63,028 nucleotides of DNA, filler included, from Rhabdomonas costata (GCA_019059605.1; 56 parts of 56 records of this genome joined end to end with filler, not necessarily neighbours in it), one strand, 5' to 3'; positions 48,371 through 61,901 are shown, counted from the first letter of the whole stretch. The notes: generated by a model not told the origin, from the sequence alone. Numbers and translations are program-made.

Positions 48371-49319
48371 CACCACNNNNNNNNNNNNNNNNNNNNNNNN
48401 NNNNNNNNNNNNNNNNNNNNTTAATTAATTAANNNNNNNNNNNNNNNNNNNNNNNNNNNNNNNNNNNNNNNNNNNNGGTGGGTGTGGTGCATAGCAAAGG
48501 CCAGTAGAGAAGCAAGTGTGGAAAGCAGGTTTTCACAGCCTCTGCTCCTAAAACTCTCTTTCTGAAGCCTCTACTCTGAAAACCTGCTTTCCACACTTGC
48601 TTCTCTACTGGCCTTTGCTATGCACCACTGCCTTCTCCAAAAAGCTGTCATTACGAACTGCCTCGCTTTTCTACTGCTCTCGCACAGACTTACGAATTTC
48701 TTGAACACCTTTAACGCCTCAACGGAATTTTGCTCTTTAAAACGATCTCCTTTGAGCTCCTCACCAACTTCTGCGACTAACAAAGCTTCCAAGCTACTGC
48801 AAAAATAATGTTCTGGATCACCAAGCTGTCTCTTATAGTTTCTACGACAAAACGTTCTTCCTACGTTTGCTGATCCGTTACCCCCTTTTCTACTATGACG
48901 GAGGATGAAATTCTGCCTCCGACGTCCTATCACTCCAACGGCTCAGCTCTTCAAGCTGATTGATTCTTACCACAGTATGCTTAATTTTATACGATTCGAA
49001 CCTTACATTATCTTTACGAAAAGCGTACACCATGCTAAACAAAACACGGCACACCACCTCCACAACAACATTGTCTACCGCTCAAAGTCCATCTGCGACA
49101 ACAAGAACGCCAAAGAAGGCAGTGCACTGGCGAAATTACTCTCTTCTGCTCCACTTGAAAGGTACAATACAAAGCAATAAAGACAACTCAACTCAGCTCT
49201 TCGTCCAACACTACGAAATTGTCTGCTATCTAATACGCTCTATTAAGCTCTACGAAGTTCCTTCTCCACAACCCACCATAACCAACCACATGAGAAAACA
49301 AAGTAGTCCTGACACGGCC

Positions 49320-49503
49320 TGACACTAACCTCTTCCGTGAGGAATAACGTCCCTTTCCATTCCACACTTTTCACGGTAATTGCCTTAAACAACTCATAAC
49401 ACGGTGCTGACACCCAGTAAGGCGTCACCAGTAGCACCATTGAACCTTCCATACGAATCTTTTCCAACACCAATGGAATAAGGCTACACGATGGGTTTGC
49501 ATA
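49320..49503 (-). mobile_element. Retroelement-type DNA N6-adenine methyltransferase (DIRS 'MT'-like) remnant
   Basis: YANPSCSLIPLVLEKIRMEGSMVLLVTPYWVSAPCY matches YANPPW/YAFPP-xLIxxVLxKI...LVxPxWxxxxW; intronless and degenerate. Confidence 0.7.
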
Positions 49504-50230
49504 NNNNNNNNNNNNNNNNNNNNNNNNNNNNNNNNNNNNNNNNNNNNTTAATTAATTAANNNNNNNNNNNNNNNNNNNNNNNNNNNNNNNNNNNNNNNNN
49601 NNNGTGTGGTGTTTCTGGCGGTGGGCGGCACAGGAGTTTCAACCTCGCCACCGTATCCATACATGGTCATTCCATCAGCAAAAGGCACGCGTTTCACGGC
49701 ACGAAGGTAGCCAGATGCAATGTTCTCCTGGCAGAACTCGTATGTCTGACGGTCCTGTGGACTGATGCACTGTTTCCTGCGGGTTGCAAGAGAGCAGAAA
49801 CACTACCAAACCCAATGCCTGCGACGTCTCGTTCCGCAGGAAACGCCATTTTCACAATGAGCAATTTTAACCTTGTCATACTGCAGCAATTCATGTCACA
49901 AGTCGTCAAGGGGTCAGTGCAATTGTACAACGTGCTAAACAGAAAAAAATATATCGGAAAAATACCAACCCGAGACGTGGAGGTTCCGGTCTGTGACCCG
50001 CTGGGAACCCAACCAATCCCAACCTAGCCCAATCCAACCAACCCACAGAAACGGAAAGATGTTAGAGGTTACGACTCAGTCGGAACCCCAGCAAGTGCAC
50101 CCCAGGTGTAGAGAGATTATCAAAGGGCCCATAGCCGGGTGAGGCGGACTAATTCGGGAATAAGGGCTGAGGAATAAAGGGCGGGGGTCACAGGCGGTCA
50201 TGGCGACAAACAGTTCCACATGTTCTTTAC

Positions 50231-50625
50231 CTGTGGATTTTGTACACAGCACTCCGCTCTCCTGGAGGAATATTTGGGCTGTCCGAGACTTGACCTCCGG
50301 CATCCCCACGAAGGCAGCATGGAAGCTCGCCTCTCTCCAGCGCCCACTCAATTTGAAGCACCTGGTCGTAGTCGTATGGCATCCACTTCTTCTGTTGATG
50401 AAAGTCCCAGAACCAAGCCCACTGGGGTCGCCGCTGCAGTGCACGTTTGGGCTTCTGCACCTCCACAGCGGTCGACGCGGGCGCCGCTGACCCAGCACCA
50501 GTACCTTTCTTTGATACATCCGCGTTCAATGCAATGGCATCCGCCAGGGCCTTGACGTGCTCTCGGTTCATGTCCACCAGAACTATCAGCTTGACCGTAT
50601 CCTCAGATCCAGCCCTGGCGCCCAC
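50231..50625 (-). CDS. Exon with WWE domain
   Basis: WAWFWDFHQQKKWMPYDYDQVLQIEWALERG...YKIH|gtaaag; W-W-E signature. Confidence 0.7.
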
Positions 50626-53600
50626 AACCCNNNNNNNNNNNNNNNNNNNNNNNNNNNNNNNNNNNNNNNNNNNNTTAATTAATTAANNNNNNNNNNNNNN
50701 NNNNNNNNNNNNNNNNNNNNNNNNNNNNNNGGGGGGTGGTATAGCGGGAAAGGCTCCCTCAGCCTCGCCAGAGGGAGCCTTTCCCGCTATACCACCCTCG
50801 TCACAAGGGAAAGCGGCGGGCATCCCAAGGAAAGCTATCGACACGAATTGACAATACAGGCAAGGCAGTGCTTGACCTCTGCGAGCTTGAAAGCAGAGCA
50901 AAGCACTGCAAGCACGATAAATCTTGTGGCCATACACACTCTTGCCGCAACACTGCCAACCGCGCGACCAACCTCGTGTGTAGAGTCTACTACTTTCTCG
51001 AAACGCTTATCCACACCTAATCGTAAAAACGGCATCAAACGTTTATTCTGAGAGGGTCAGCCCTACCCTACCCTAAACGCTAATGGTTTGATGCTGAGGA
51101 GATAGAGGTGAAAGTGAGATTGAGAAGGACCTCCCTCATTGCTCTGAGTGAAGGGACTTTGGCTAAGTGAAAAAATTGCCCCCAAGAAAATTTACCCCAA
51201 GTCCCACGTGGAGGTGATACAGGTGTCCCCTGGATCTCCGATCGAAGAATTTGGAGGGCGTTAGGAGGCCAGGCATGTGTCCGTCTTGCGTCCCAGAAAG
51301 CGAAATGGCAAAGTTCACACCAACACCACACCAACATAGAAAGCGCTCACTCTGTCATCAAGGCGAAAACTAGAAAAATGATCTGTTCCTTGGACCGAGT
51401 CTGTCTCCGCCTCTGCAATCCAAGCTAGACGAGTTGTGTTTTCGTTACAAAAATCGCAGGTTTTGGCTTTCCTGCTCCTTTCCTTTTCTTGCTATGATAA
51501 AAACTATGCCATTGAATAAGTGCGCGTGGTGCTGCATCTTCTGTGATGTGTTGGAGCCTTCTTCCTCAGTAGTTGGGGTAAACTTTTCCCTTGGGGGATT
51601 TTTTTTCACTTACCGGGGACTTTTCCGTATCAGCCTCCGAATGATTTGGTTATTTGCTTCCCCAGGCTTCAACACATGCCTCCAAGTCGCCGGTCTGGAG
51701 CAATTTCTTTTCGAACAATGCACCACAGAACGGCGATATATTACAGAACTCCACTCCNNNNNNNNNNNNNNNNNNNNNNNNNNNNNNNNNNNNNNNNNNN
51801 NTTAATTAATTAANNNNNNNNNNNNNNNNNNNNNNNNNNNNNNNNNNNNNNNNNNNNGGTGGTTATTCCTGCAACAAGCAGCTATAAGCGCCGAGGGAAA
51901 ATGGCATAAACACATGCTCAAAGGTGTGCAGCAGTGGCATATATATGTTGGTCGCCTTGACGACTGCAGACCTCAAGAATTCTTGCATTTTTGAGAGGGG
52001 TTGATAAGCATGTATGAGAATCCTGGTCCAGGTGACCTTTGTGTGGGTATTAGTGGTGGTGAGCTGATTAGAAGTTATAATGGTAACCGAAAACGACTGA
52101 AAATTTAGCAGGAATTGATTTAGGTGAACTGTGTCTCTGTGAAAGGGGTGAGATAAACTACTTTGGGTGACGTACTGCAGGTGATGGACAAACTTGTTGC
52201 TGGCGGACGAGTTACACACATTTGTATTTTTTCGGAGGGGGGGGGGGACAGCCGCATCATAGAAATGGAAGTCCAAGTGCCCCACTTAATGTTGTGGGAC
52301 AGGAGCAGTGCCTGGTTGCTCGCTTCCCTTCGGGCTACAACGTGCATTCCTTGACGCTGTACACCTACCTCCGGGGGGAGGCCGACCGCAGGGCTCCAGT
52401 TGAGGTTCCCAGCTACCAAGGTGAAGCCCGGGAAAGGGGGGCAAGGGAGAAGGTTGCATCTGCTGCACTAGCTGATCGCACCGTTAGTTTTCTTGTTTTT
52501 CTCTTGTCATTGGGTGCATTGCTTTGAATGGATTGTGTAGTTTTTGTTTTCCTATGTCATCTGTGCACTGTGACACAGGCACGGTCAAGGACGTTATTAT
52601 TTCCACGGAGGAGATGCTGCTTCAGACCTGCATCCAGCATCAGGTACTTTAAATTCCTTCCTTCTTTTTGCCAATGCTGCTCAGATGAGCAAGGTGACTT
52701 TTTGCAGTATTTGTGGGATGCAATCTAATTTCTTCATTTTTGTTTGTAGCACCGTCGCTCACTACCATCGGCTGCTGCTCCTGCTTTGCCCGCATCAGCC
52801 GGACTGGCTTGGTGGGCAACACTCTCTGTTCCTGAACCAAAGTTACAGGGTAAAAAAAAGTACGCAACATTCTGAAAAACCACANNNNNNNNNNNNNNNN
52901 NNNNNNNNNNNNNNNNNNNNNNNNNNNNTTAATTAATTAANNNNNNNNNNNNNNNNNNNNNNNNNNNNNNNNNNNNNNNNNNNNTTTTGGTTTTACTTCT
53001 TCTCCACGTGAACCCACCGTCAGGGGTGCCACTCGTTGTTTCACATTGGCATCGTGCCAGCGATGAGAGAAGCGGCAGTGCTTTACTGTTTTTTTTGTGC
53101 TCTTGTGCTTGTTTCGGTCCACTTTGGAGGAGGGGTGTCGTCGAAAACTGAGGGGTTGTGCACGATGCACAGCATTACCCTTTGTACCAAATCCGCCACA
53201 CATACAGAGGCATATGTGCACACAGATACTTCTCACCTCCCTCTCTCCTTCTTTTACCTTTCTGATCGCAGGTCGCGCTACTGCTGTCGAGCCGTGTGGT
53301 GAGAGCCGTTGGGTTTGACCCCACTTTGGCATAACCCTGAATGATGGCTCCCTTTGCCTGTGTGTACCCTTAGAGCCGCCTTTGCGCTAAGCTATCTCCG
53401 ACCTTTTTGCAGTGCGCTGAGAATCGCCCTCCGACTCCCATCTCTGTCCATCTCTTTCTCCGTCTACCTCTCTCTTTTGCACGTCGAATCTGGGCCTCTT
53501 TGTCTTGTGGCATTCCATGGTTTGTGCCATCCCAGCCATACCCCGGAATTCCGTCGACCCTATCCTCACCTCTACTCATCCATAGGAACCTTTGTCTGTG

Positions 53601-56600
53601 ATTTCCCACATGCTCTGCTATATGACCGCTATCGCGCAGTGGAGGCGCGTTCTGTGTGAGGAAGGGGAAACACCCGGCAAGTCAGCAGACGTTGACCTGG
53701 ACGGTGGGGAAGGGGGGTATTGGTTTTGCGACATAAGTGATTGCAGATCTCTGAAAATCCCAGAAGGTTGATTATTTTCGTGCAAGTGCCAACGCCTTGT
53801 TGCAGGTTGTTCGCAGAGATTCTCAGTGATTGGGCAGGACGTCATGAGTGCAGGTGAATTTGTGGGCCCCACCGTGCATCCCGTGGTTTTCAACAACGAC
53901 AGTCTCCTTTAATCGCGGCCGGCTTTAAACCAGATACGATTGGAGGGAAGAGGGGGCATCACGGCACCTTTTTCTTTTCTGTGCACGCAGCCTCTGATAC
54001 CCACCCACACANNNNNNNNNNNNNNNNNNNNNNNNNNNNNNNNNNNNNNNNNNNNTTAATTAATTAANNNNNNNNNNNNNNNNNNNNNNNNNNNNNNNNN
54101 NNNNNNNNNNNGGGAGGGGGGTCGGAGGTGTCGTCGGTTGCCCATACATTCTCGAGCACCTCATTGGTGACCCATTGGTACTGTACAGGAGATGCAAAAG
54201 CATCAGGAGCACGAGCTCCAAGAGACCCACCATACTAGCACAATTGGGCCACACTGTGTCAGGCAGCCCAGTTAGTGCAAAGACTCAAACATGCAGCTTT
54301 CCGAAGGAAGGTGAATAGATTGGTGTGTTTTTTCGATCCGAAATTGCCACAGTCATTGAAAGCAACGGAGAAGCAGGAAGCAAGAAGCGGGGAGTCTTTT
54401 TAAATGTGAGCCTCCCACCCAACTGACGTTGGGGGAAGGGGTGAATTGTAACGGGAACCACTGGCAACACTTACCGATGGTAATCGTCGTCATTCCACAA
54501 AGCCTTCAAAAACCTTGCCGTTAGAGCTGGCCCAGGGAAATTAATTCAAATCACCGTGAAGGAAAACTAGCAATAGCAATTAAGACATTTTAGGCTTTTT
54601 CTATGAAAGCCGGTGTGTTGGTAAAACACCCCGAGGCACCAAGATGATCAGTTATCAACAGGAAAACAAAGGAGATGCCATCGCGGCAGATGCAATAGAT
54701 TTAGGTGCCACACCTGTTGTTTTGGAACAGGCTACCTCCCCCTCTTCGAAACTTTCGAGACTGTACAAAGCGTAGCGGAAGAGAGAGGAGGAAATTCGAG
54801 GGGGAGGATACACGCACCCAGTCGTCACTGTTCACGATATCCTCGTAGTGGCGGAGCACTGAAAAGAGAAAAAAGTATGCACCAACACCTCCATACGGCT
54901 CGAGCAGCACAACAGAACGTTTACCAGATGACTCTTGAATAACTCAAATGGCGGCTCACGGCGATCTCGAAAAACTAATCTGCTCTGAGCTCACATGCGA
55001 TAAAAAAAGAAGCCTTGTAAATCATCTACTGATTATCACCGCTGTCATAGAGAACAAACATTCGCTAGATCAATCACCCCCATCCCATCGTATCCCATCC
55101 AATGAATCCTAAAAAAACCCACATTTTCCAGATAACCCNNNNNNNNNNNNNNNNNNNNNNNNNNNNNNNNNNNNNNNNNNNNTTAATTAATTAANNNNNN
55201 NNNNNNNNNNNNNNNNNNNNNNNNNNNNNNNNNNNNNNGGGTTGGGTGGGCGCCAGCCCCACCTCTGGGACCTCGAAGTCCCCCGAGGTGGGGCTGGCGC
55301 CCACCATAACCACCGTGGGAGTGGAGGCGCGAGAGGGCCGCCGGCCTGCACCAGCGCTCGTCACACTGGTGGGGGACGACGACCTGGGAGCAAGGCCCAT
55401 CCCCAGCAACATTTTAGTTTCGTTCTTTTAGAAAATGTCGGCTCAGGAGGAAGCGTGGAAGAAGTGTGGAAGAAGTGTGGATGAGGAAGCGTGGATGAAT
55501 TTTTGTTGAAATTAAATGGAACACTTTTGGTGCCCCTTGAAACCGAAAGAGGACGTTTCTTTGCGGGTGCGCTGTTAGGTCGCTTCTTCTCGTTGCCAAG
55601 CTTCCTTTCGCCCAAAATACACTTAGCGTCCATCGCCTGCGTCCTTTGCTTCAACAAAGGATGGGGGGACTTTGGTCAGAATTCAACAACGGGGCCGAAT
55701 TAGGGTTAGAGTTACCAGATGACGAGTGCTTGCGTGCAAACCCTTGCCCGACTCCAATTGTCAGCGACGATTCTCCGGAAAAATAAAACCGATCAAAACT
55801 AGGAACTGCGATAGTCTCCGAGAAAAGTAGGAAGAGAAACGAGCAAAATAGCAAGAAAACCTTTCGAATGCAGAGCGCCTTCGCTGAACGTTCGGATCTA
55901 GAACACAACAGCGAATCATTCCGCCGTGGGTTGGAAATTGAATTTCAAGCTCACAAAATATTTGCAGCGGTTTTGACAAAGGAGAGACACGAGAAACTCT
56001 CTCAAATACACACGCGCCAGGTCCGCACGGTGGACCTGAGAGCTCCGTATAGCTATAAGCTAAGCAAAACTCATTAGGAGGCGAACTAACATGCACCAGT
56101 GAAAGAAAATTACATGTGACATCAATGCCCTGCCACACGTTATCACACCTAAACAAGACGTTTCAGGATTTTTTGGCTGGGGGATAAATATTTGTTTTTG
56201 TTTTATTTGCCTGGTGTTGTTCAGCAGAAAAGAAAAACAAATATTTATCCCCCAGCCAAAAAACANNNNNNNNNNNNNNNNNNNNNNNNNNNNNNNNNNN
56301 NNNNNNNNNTTAATTAATTAANNNNNNNNNNNNNNNNNNNNNNNNNNNNNNNNNNNNNNNNNNNNGATTTGATAATTTCCTATATTTTTGATTTCAATTT
56401 TCTGCATCCGATTTTAACTTACTTTTGAGTTTTTTTTGAAAATAATTGGGAATTTTTCATTATGGGTTTCGACCAGGTGTGGATTAAAAAGGGGTTCATT
56501 AATGTATATGGCTGGTGAACCCAAGGACCCCCCCCCCATTTGCATTTATGTTAGCATTGTACGCTGAGCATATGATTTGCATTGCCCGAAGCATTCATGC

Positions 56601-57496
56601 TGAAAATAAAGACACTTCAGTTATTTTTATTCATTTTTTGATTGGGGCTTTGCTTCCGCTGTGCAATGCTTGCGGCGGCTGCGGATGTCAGCCAGCCTTT
56701 GCAGAGAGGGACCCACTGCCGCCGGTCGTTTCACCCCTGGCCGGTCTGCTTTGATTTTCTGATATTTTTTCTTCAAATTTTGTCTCGACAGTGGGGATCC
56801 ACACAGAGAGAACAAACTTACAGCGAATGAGAAGGAAGAAGGTAAGAAGGGGAGCAAGCTGGGGGGGCTCGAAGCCATCCGACGCAGAGTGTCCAGAAGG
56901 AAAAAACAAAGGGCAATGGGCTGTCGCGAGGCGGCAGCATGAACAACAACCAGGAGGGGAAGCTCTACGAACCTACCCACGTACGGGCTTCAGCGCAAGG
57001 CTGCTGGTAGTGTTCAGCGTTCCGCTGGCACGGAACCCGGAGGGGACTGCCCAGGATTCAAAAAATTCAGCTCAATTCAAATTCAAAGTTGAATGCAACT
57101 CTGCGTGGTTGCCGATATACATGGGTGATCAGCTGCCTGCCCCAATTAAAAATTAATGAAAAAGCTGTTAACCAACCGAAGAAAGAGGGCGAAGCCGAAG
57201 CAGGCCTGGCTCCTTTGTGTAACGCACGCACGCACAAAGGGCATGCCCGCACAAACGGGGTGCGCAGCTATACAGCCGCCAGGCCATCGCCCCTTCCTGG
57301 GAAGAGTAAACAGGCAACAGGCAAAGGTGGCGGGCACTGTGGACAATTCAAAGCAGGGGGCCGGTAGAACCCACTAACAACCAACCAACAAANNNNNNNN
57401 NNNNNNNNNNNNNNNNNNNNNNNNNNNNNNNNNNNNTTAATTAATTAANNNNNNNNNNNNNNNNNNNNNNNNNNNNNNNNNNNNNNNNNNNNTTTT

Positions 57497-58284
57497 GGTG
57501 GTCATCCCGGGCCAAGTCCGCCCCGACTTACGCGTACGGCCTGAACTGGAATTTGTACGTGGTGCTGCCACAGGAGGTTTTTCACAACATTGATACTTTG
57601 ATTTACGGATGCGCTAGAACGAATGACAAGAAAGCGGGAGAACTGAAGTCAGGATTCATTCCGAAACAGCAAAAAGAAAAAAAAAGAGGAGTAATGCACG
57701 AGCAGTCTTGGGACTCTTCGCTTTTGCTATCGATCCGCCGACAGCCCATATAACGAGCTCGAAGGTTCTTTGAACTCGGTGGCATCGGACGATAGGAAAT
57801 GCTATCCGGCAGTCCTTCGGACGAGGGTCGGAAGCATTTGTTATGGAACTCTCGGGGCTATCTATTTTCGTCCAGCTTCTGTAATTTCAAAAAAAACGTA
57901 AGGCCTTGTTCTTTAATCGATATATTCAATCGTTTTTGGGAATTGTGGTTTAACAACGTGAAGATCTCGGAATCAGGGGATTCATACCAGAAAGCTCTGA
58001 GCGCTGTTTTGGATGCCCTAAAAAAGGAGTATTACGGCGGGGTGTGGCACAACAACCGTATTGCCGTGATCTTGGTCGCGGTGTGCACGGTGGCCTTTGT
58101 GGTGGTAAAGCTGTTCCTGTACCGAGTCATCCTGGTGTTCCACCTGCGAACCCTCGGCCGCGGGCTGGTGCAGCTGAAGACCGCCGTGGATAACTCCGAG
58201 GAGGGCACCGGGGAGGGCGCCGAAGCCGTCGTGCACGTCATCCGCAACGTGTCTGTGTTCACCGAAATCCGGGACTTGCACCAG
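57497..58284 (+). CDS. Membrane receptor (Cache-end/TM/HAMP-like; receptor cyclase or kinase); exons ~57497-57576 and 58027-58284
   Basis: YGLNWNLYVVLPQE|EYYGGVWHNNRIAVILVAVCTVAFVVV (TM)...LRTLGRGLVQL...SVFTEIRDLHQ|gt. Confidence 0.6.
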
Positions 58285-59470
58285 GTCGGCCGGGGGCCAG
58301 CACCGCCTAAAGCTGCACCCAGCACACTTGTTCTCCGCTCCCCTACTCCTCTCTCTGCCCCCTTTTCATCGCAGTATCTTTTCTACACGGGATGCACCTC
58401 GTCACCTCGTCGCTCCAAGCGCTCTGGCGCGCGCCTGCTCACAACCAAAGGGCATTGAAATAGATGGAAACGATCGACTTGGCCGACTGAAGAGGCCTAT
58501 TTGGGTTTCCCCCACAACCNNNNNNNNNNNNNNNNNNNNNNNNNNNNNNNNNNNNNNNNNNNNTTAATTAATTAANNNNNNNNNNNNNNNNNNNNNNNNN
58601 NNNNNNNNNNNNNNNNNNNGTGGTGGGTGTGTTTGGGGGGTGGTTGGACAGGGAGGTGGGGGTTATGAACGAGAGGGTGAGACAGAGAATGCGAGAGAGA
58701 CAGTGTGTGTTATTAGGGGAGGGGGAAAACTTGCGGACACGAAAATATTGATAAGTATCAACTCTCGGGAGTTGGGGACTGTTAAACATCCAAAACGTCC
58801 AACAGCTTACAACATTAACAGCTAAAAACTGCGTCATGAACCCAAAGATATGCTCATGCAACCACCCACGAGCACAAACACACACTTTAGGTCGACGCCC
58901 TGAAGTTTGCCTTATCACAAGTAGGGTTCTATCTGCGGACCCTTCGCTCCCACCGACACGCAAAGGCAAACATCGTTCCGGTCACTGCTCCGAATCTGAG
59001 TCTGAGTCTGCCTTTGGTGAAGAAGTAATGCAAAATAATAGTGCCTGAATTTCTTCCCAGTATGGTAGGGCATCATTTGCACGCACCATTATGGGTATGT
59101 CCAGCTTTTCACAGTGCCCACGTTACTGCATAAGTTTGCTAGTTTCGCGTTTCTTCCTTGATGAAAACCCAATCCATGGAGTGTGTCCCAGCTGTAGCAA
59201 GACAGGCAGTTCCGGACCTCCCCAGACAATGCGGATGCGCACCACCAGACAGTACATCTCGAGCAATGTGACAGGCACATGCACATCCAACATGCACAGC
59301 ATGCACCCCTGGGAAAAAAAACGGGATTCCAGGAGAGTTCTTCTTTCAGATTCGGATTGTACCCCGGAACTTTTCCGGGCACAAACCTATGCCCCAAACC
59401 GTAGCTAGTACGATTCTCGCGCCTGCCCCACTGCGGAGAGGGGGAGTACCTACACGCACTCTGGTACTCC

Positions 59471-59619
59471 TTACGCCACAGGCTGCTCCTTCCAGCCCAC
59501 GAAGAAGGCCTCCACCGCAGGCTGCTTCTCCGCCCGAGAAGTGAACTCCCAGCGCTCCAACTCATGCTTTGTGTGGGGCATTGTTGACCCCAGCAAGAAA
59601 GCCACCACATCGACGTGAC
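59471..59619 (-). CDS. Terminal exon of an ankyrin-repeat protein
   Basis: gtccag|(G)HVDVVAFLLG...EQPVA-TAA; GHxDVVxFLL ankyrin helix. Confidence 0.55.
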
Positions 59620-59817
59620 CTGGACGCAGTTGACAACAACCCCCCCNNNNNNNNNNNNNNNNNNNNNNNNNNNNNNNNNNNNNNNNNNNNTTAATTAATT
59701 AANNNNNNNNNNNNNNNNNNNNNNNNNNNNNNNNNNNNNNNNNNNNGTGTTGGTGTGTTTGGGTGTGTGGGTGTGATGGGCGGCGATGGGGTGGGGTGCA
59801 CTGCGGAAAGCACAAAC

Positions 59818-60692
59818 CTCCTCTGAGGTAAGTTGGGCCCTTGGCCCAAAACGCGGTGCTGTAGCGCTGTACCTCCTCCAGAGACTTCTCCGGGAGCTGC
59901 GCCGCGATCTGATGCAGATCTGCTCGGCCAAACCGCTCACACGCCCGCGCAAAGGTCTGAGAGCAAACGCGGTACACAACCAATCGTGGAAAAGAGAAAA
60001 AACCGAACTAAAAAAGAAAATCAAGAAAAAGACAAAGGTAGTTAGAAAAATACAAAAATCACGCAACTCTGGAAACCAACTTCCATCAACTTGTGCGACC
60101 ACTAGAGAATGAAAGAACTAGGGCGACAACAAACATGAGATACCCTGAGCTGGTGAAGGTAAACACTCGTACGGATGCGGCTCGAATCCGTATTACGGTC
60201 AAACAAACTGTTCTCGATTAGGCTTAAGAGTGAAGGCAACTCTGACCCCACCCTAACCAGGTCTTCCCCCTGTGAAATATGGGGCCACCAGGTGTCTGGT
60301 TGGGGACATAAGTTGCCTTGGCGCTTGAAGATCGGAGCCTCGAGCAAAGTTAAGATAATGGCTGAGATCGTCTGAGTCTGTGTCTCTCACACGACTGACA
60401 GGACACACCTACACACACACACACACACACACACACACCTGGAAGTCCTTCCGGCTCCACGAGGGAAACCCCTCGGCACACAGCGCCTCCAGCTCTGCCC
60501 TTTCCTCGGGGGTCAAAAAAGACCAGTCTGGCGCTGCAGCAGCCGCGGCCGCGGTGGCGTCCGACCCTCCCCCGGGAAGTGATGGGGCCGTGGGCTGAGG
60601 CTGCGGCTCCGCATCGGTGGAGGAACCGCCCATTTCCACGGCGGAAGGCGCAGCGGAGGACTCCACCTCTGGCCGTGACGTAGGCAGCTCCG
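59818..60692 (-). CDS. ISWI: ISWI/SNF2L chromatin remodeller HAND-SANT region; exons 60439-60692 and 59818-59956
   Basis: LTPEERAELEALCAEGFPSWSRKDFQ|TFARACERFGRADLHQIAAQLPEKSLEEVQRYSTAFW. Confidence 0.9.
60409..60438. repeat. (CA)n microsatellite abutting the ISWI splice donor; similar (CA/TG)n tracts at ~20890, 28740, 34990, 35063, 38419
   Basis: Direct inspection. Confidence 0.9.
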
Positions 60693-61110
60693 CTGATGAA
60701 GAAAAGTTGGAGGGGGGGGACGTGAAGCAATGATCAGGCCCTTCACCCCCACTCGAACTCCGAACTAAAAACCNNNNNNNNNNNNNNNNNNNNNNNNNNN
60801 NNNNNNNNNNNNNNNNNTTAATTAATTAANNNNNNNNNNNNNNNNNNNNNNNNNNNNNNNNNNNNNNNNNNNNCTGGGACATCTCCACAACTCTGGAAGC
60901 ACAGTAGCTCTGAAGTCAGTCACAACCCACAAACGCTCTGGAAACCCACCCTCCAGACGCACACACACAAAGCTCTGAAAGTAGGGATGAAACTCTGGAA
61001 AGGTAGATCCAAGAACACTGGACTCTGAAAGCAGGAACTCTGGAACAAGTAGCTAACTAAATACTACAGCAGTTGGGAGAAACCACAACCAGCTAGAGAA
61101 ACTCTGGAGG

Positions 61111-61901
61111 TGTGACTCGCACCTAGACCGTAGTTTCCCTTCTTCACTTCACAGGTTCGCCGTGGAGCTGCTTTCCTCGAGTGTCACCTCTCTGAAATGG
61201 CGGGGGGGTCGCTGACCACTTGCCTTCACCAAGCCGGTTTGGAATCTGGAAACATTTTTGGGCAAAAGCTTCTGCAAATGACGGGAAGGGGGGTGAGATG
61301 CACGTGTGGCTCTTGCGCCTGCCAACACCCTGTGTAACTCTGCCGCGTTCTCACCCCACACGCTCTGCAAACCCACCGCCCTCTGTACCTCTGCAGGGCC
61401 CTCCTGGTCTCCGCTCGGCTCTGGCCTGCGGCTCTGCTGTGGTTCTTTTCGGGAACCTCTGTAACAACAAAAGACGAAAATAACGAGAAAAACACTCCGG
61501 AAAACAAAGCGACCTGACGATTTTTGGATTTCTTCAACACCTAACGTAAAATTTGAAATCCTAGACAAAAGAAGGGACCATCACCTTTAAAACGGCCGCT
61601 GTGTAACACACCACACTGTCCGTCTTCTCCGCCTGCATCCCCTGAGGCCTTGTCTGTGAAAATCCTCTGAAATCTCGGCCTCCTCGTCTCTTTCACCTGT
61701 AAAACCTCTGGAAAAACACTGTGGATGCATCCTTCTTCCTCTGAAAAACTCCGAAAACATACCACCTGAATCGCTGCAGTCGGGTCGTGTGCACGCATTT
61801 CCCTTCCATGCGGCCTCCCTCCCGTGGCCTGGCTCTCTGTATCACCCGGGGTCTTCCCCCACTGTCACTCTATCGGCCATCCATCTCTCACATGGCCCTA
61901 C
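61111..61901 (-). repeat. Dispersed repeat family, copy 2
   Basis: Reverse-complement homolog of 4520-5460; homology ends at ...GGTCTAGGTGCGAGTCAC. Confidence 0.85.
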
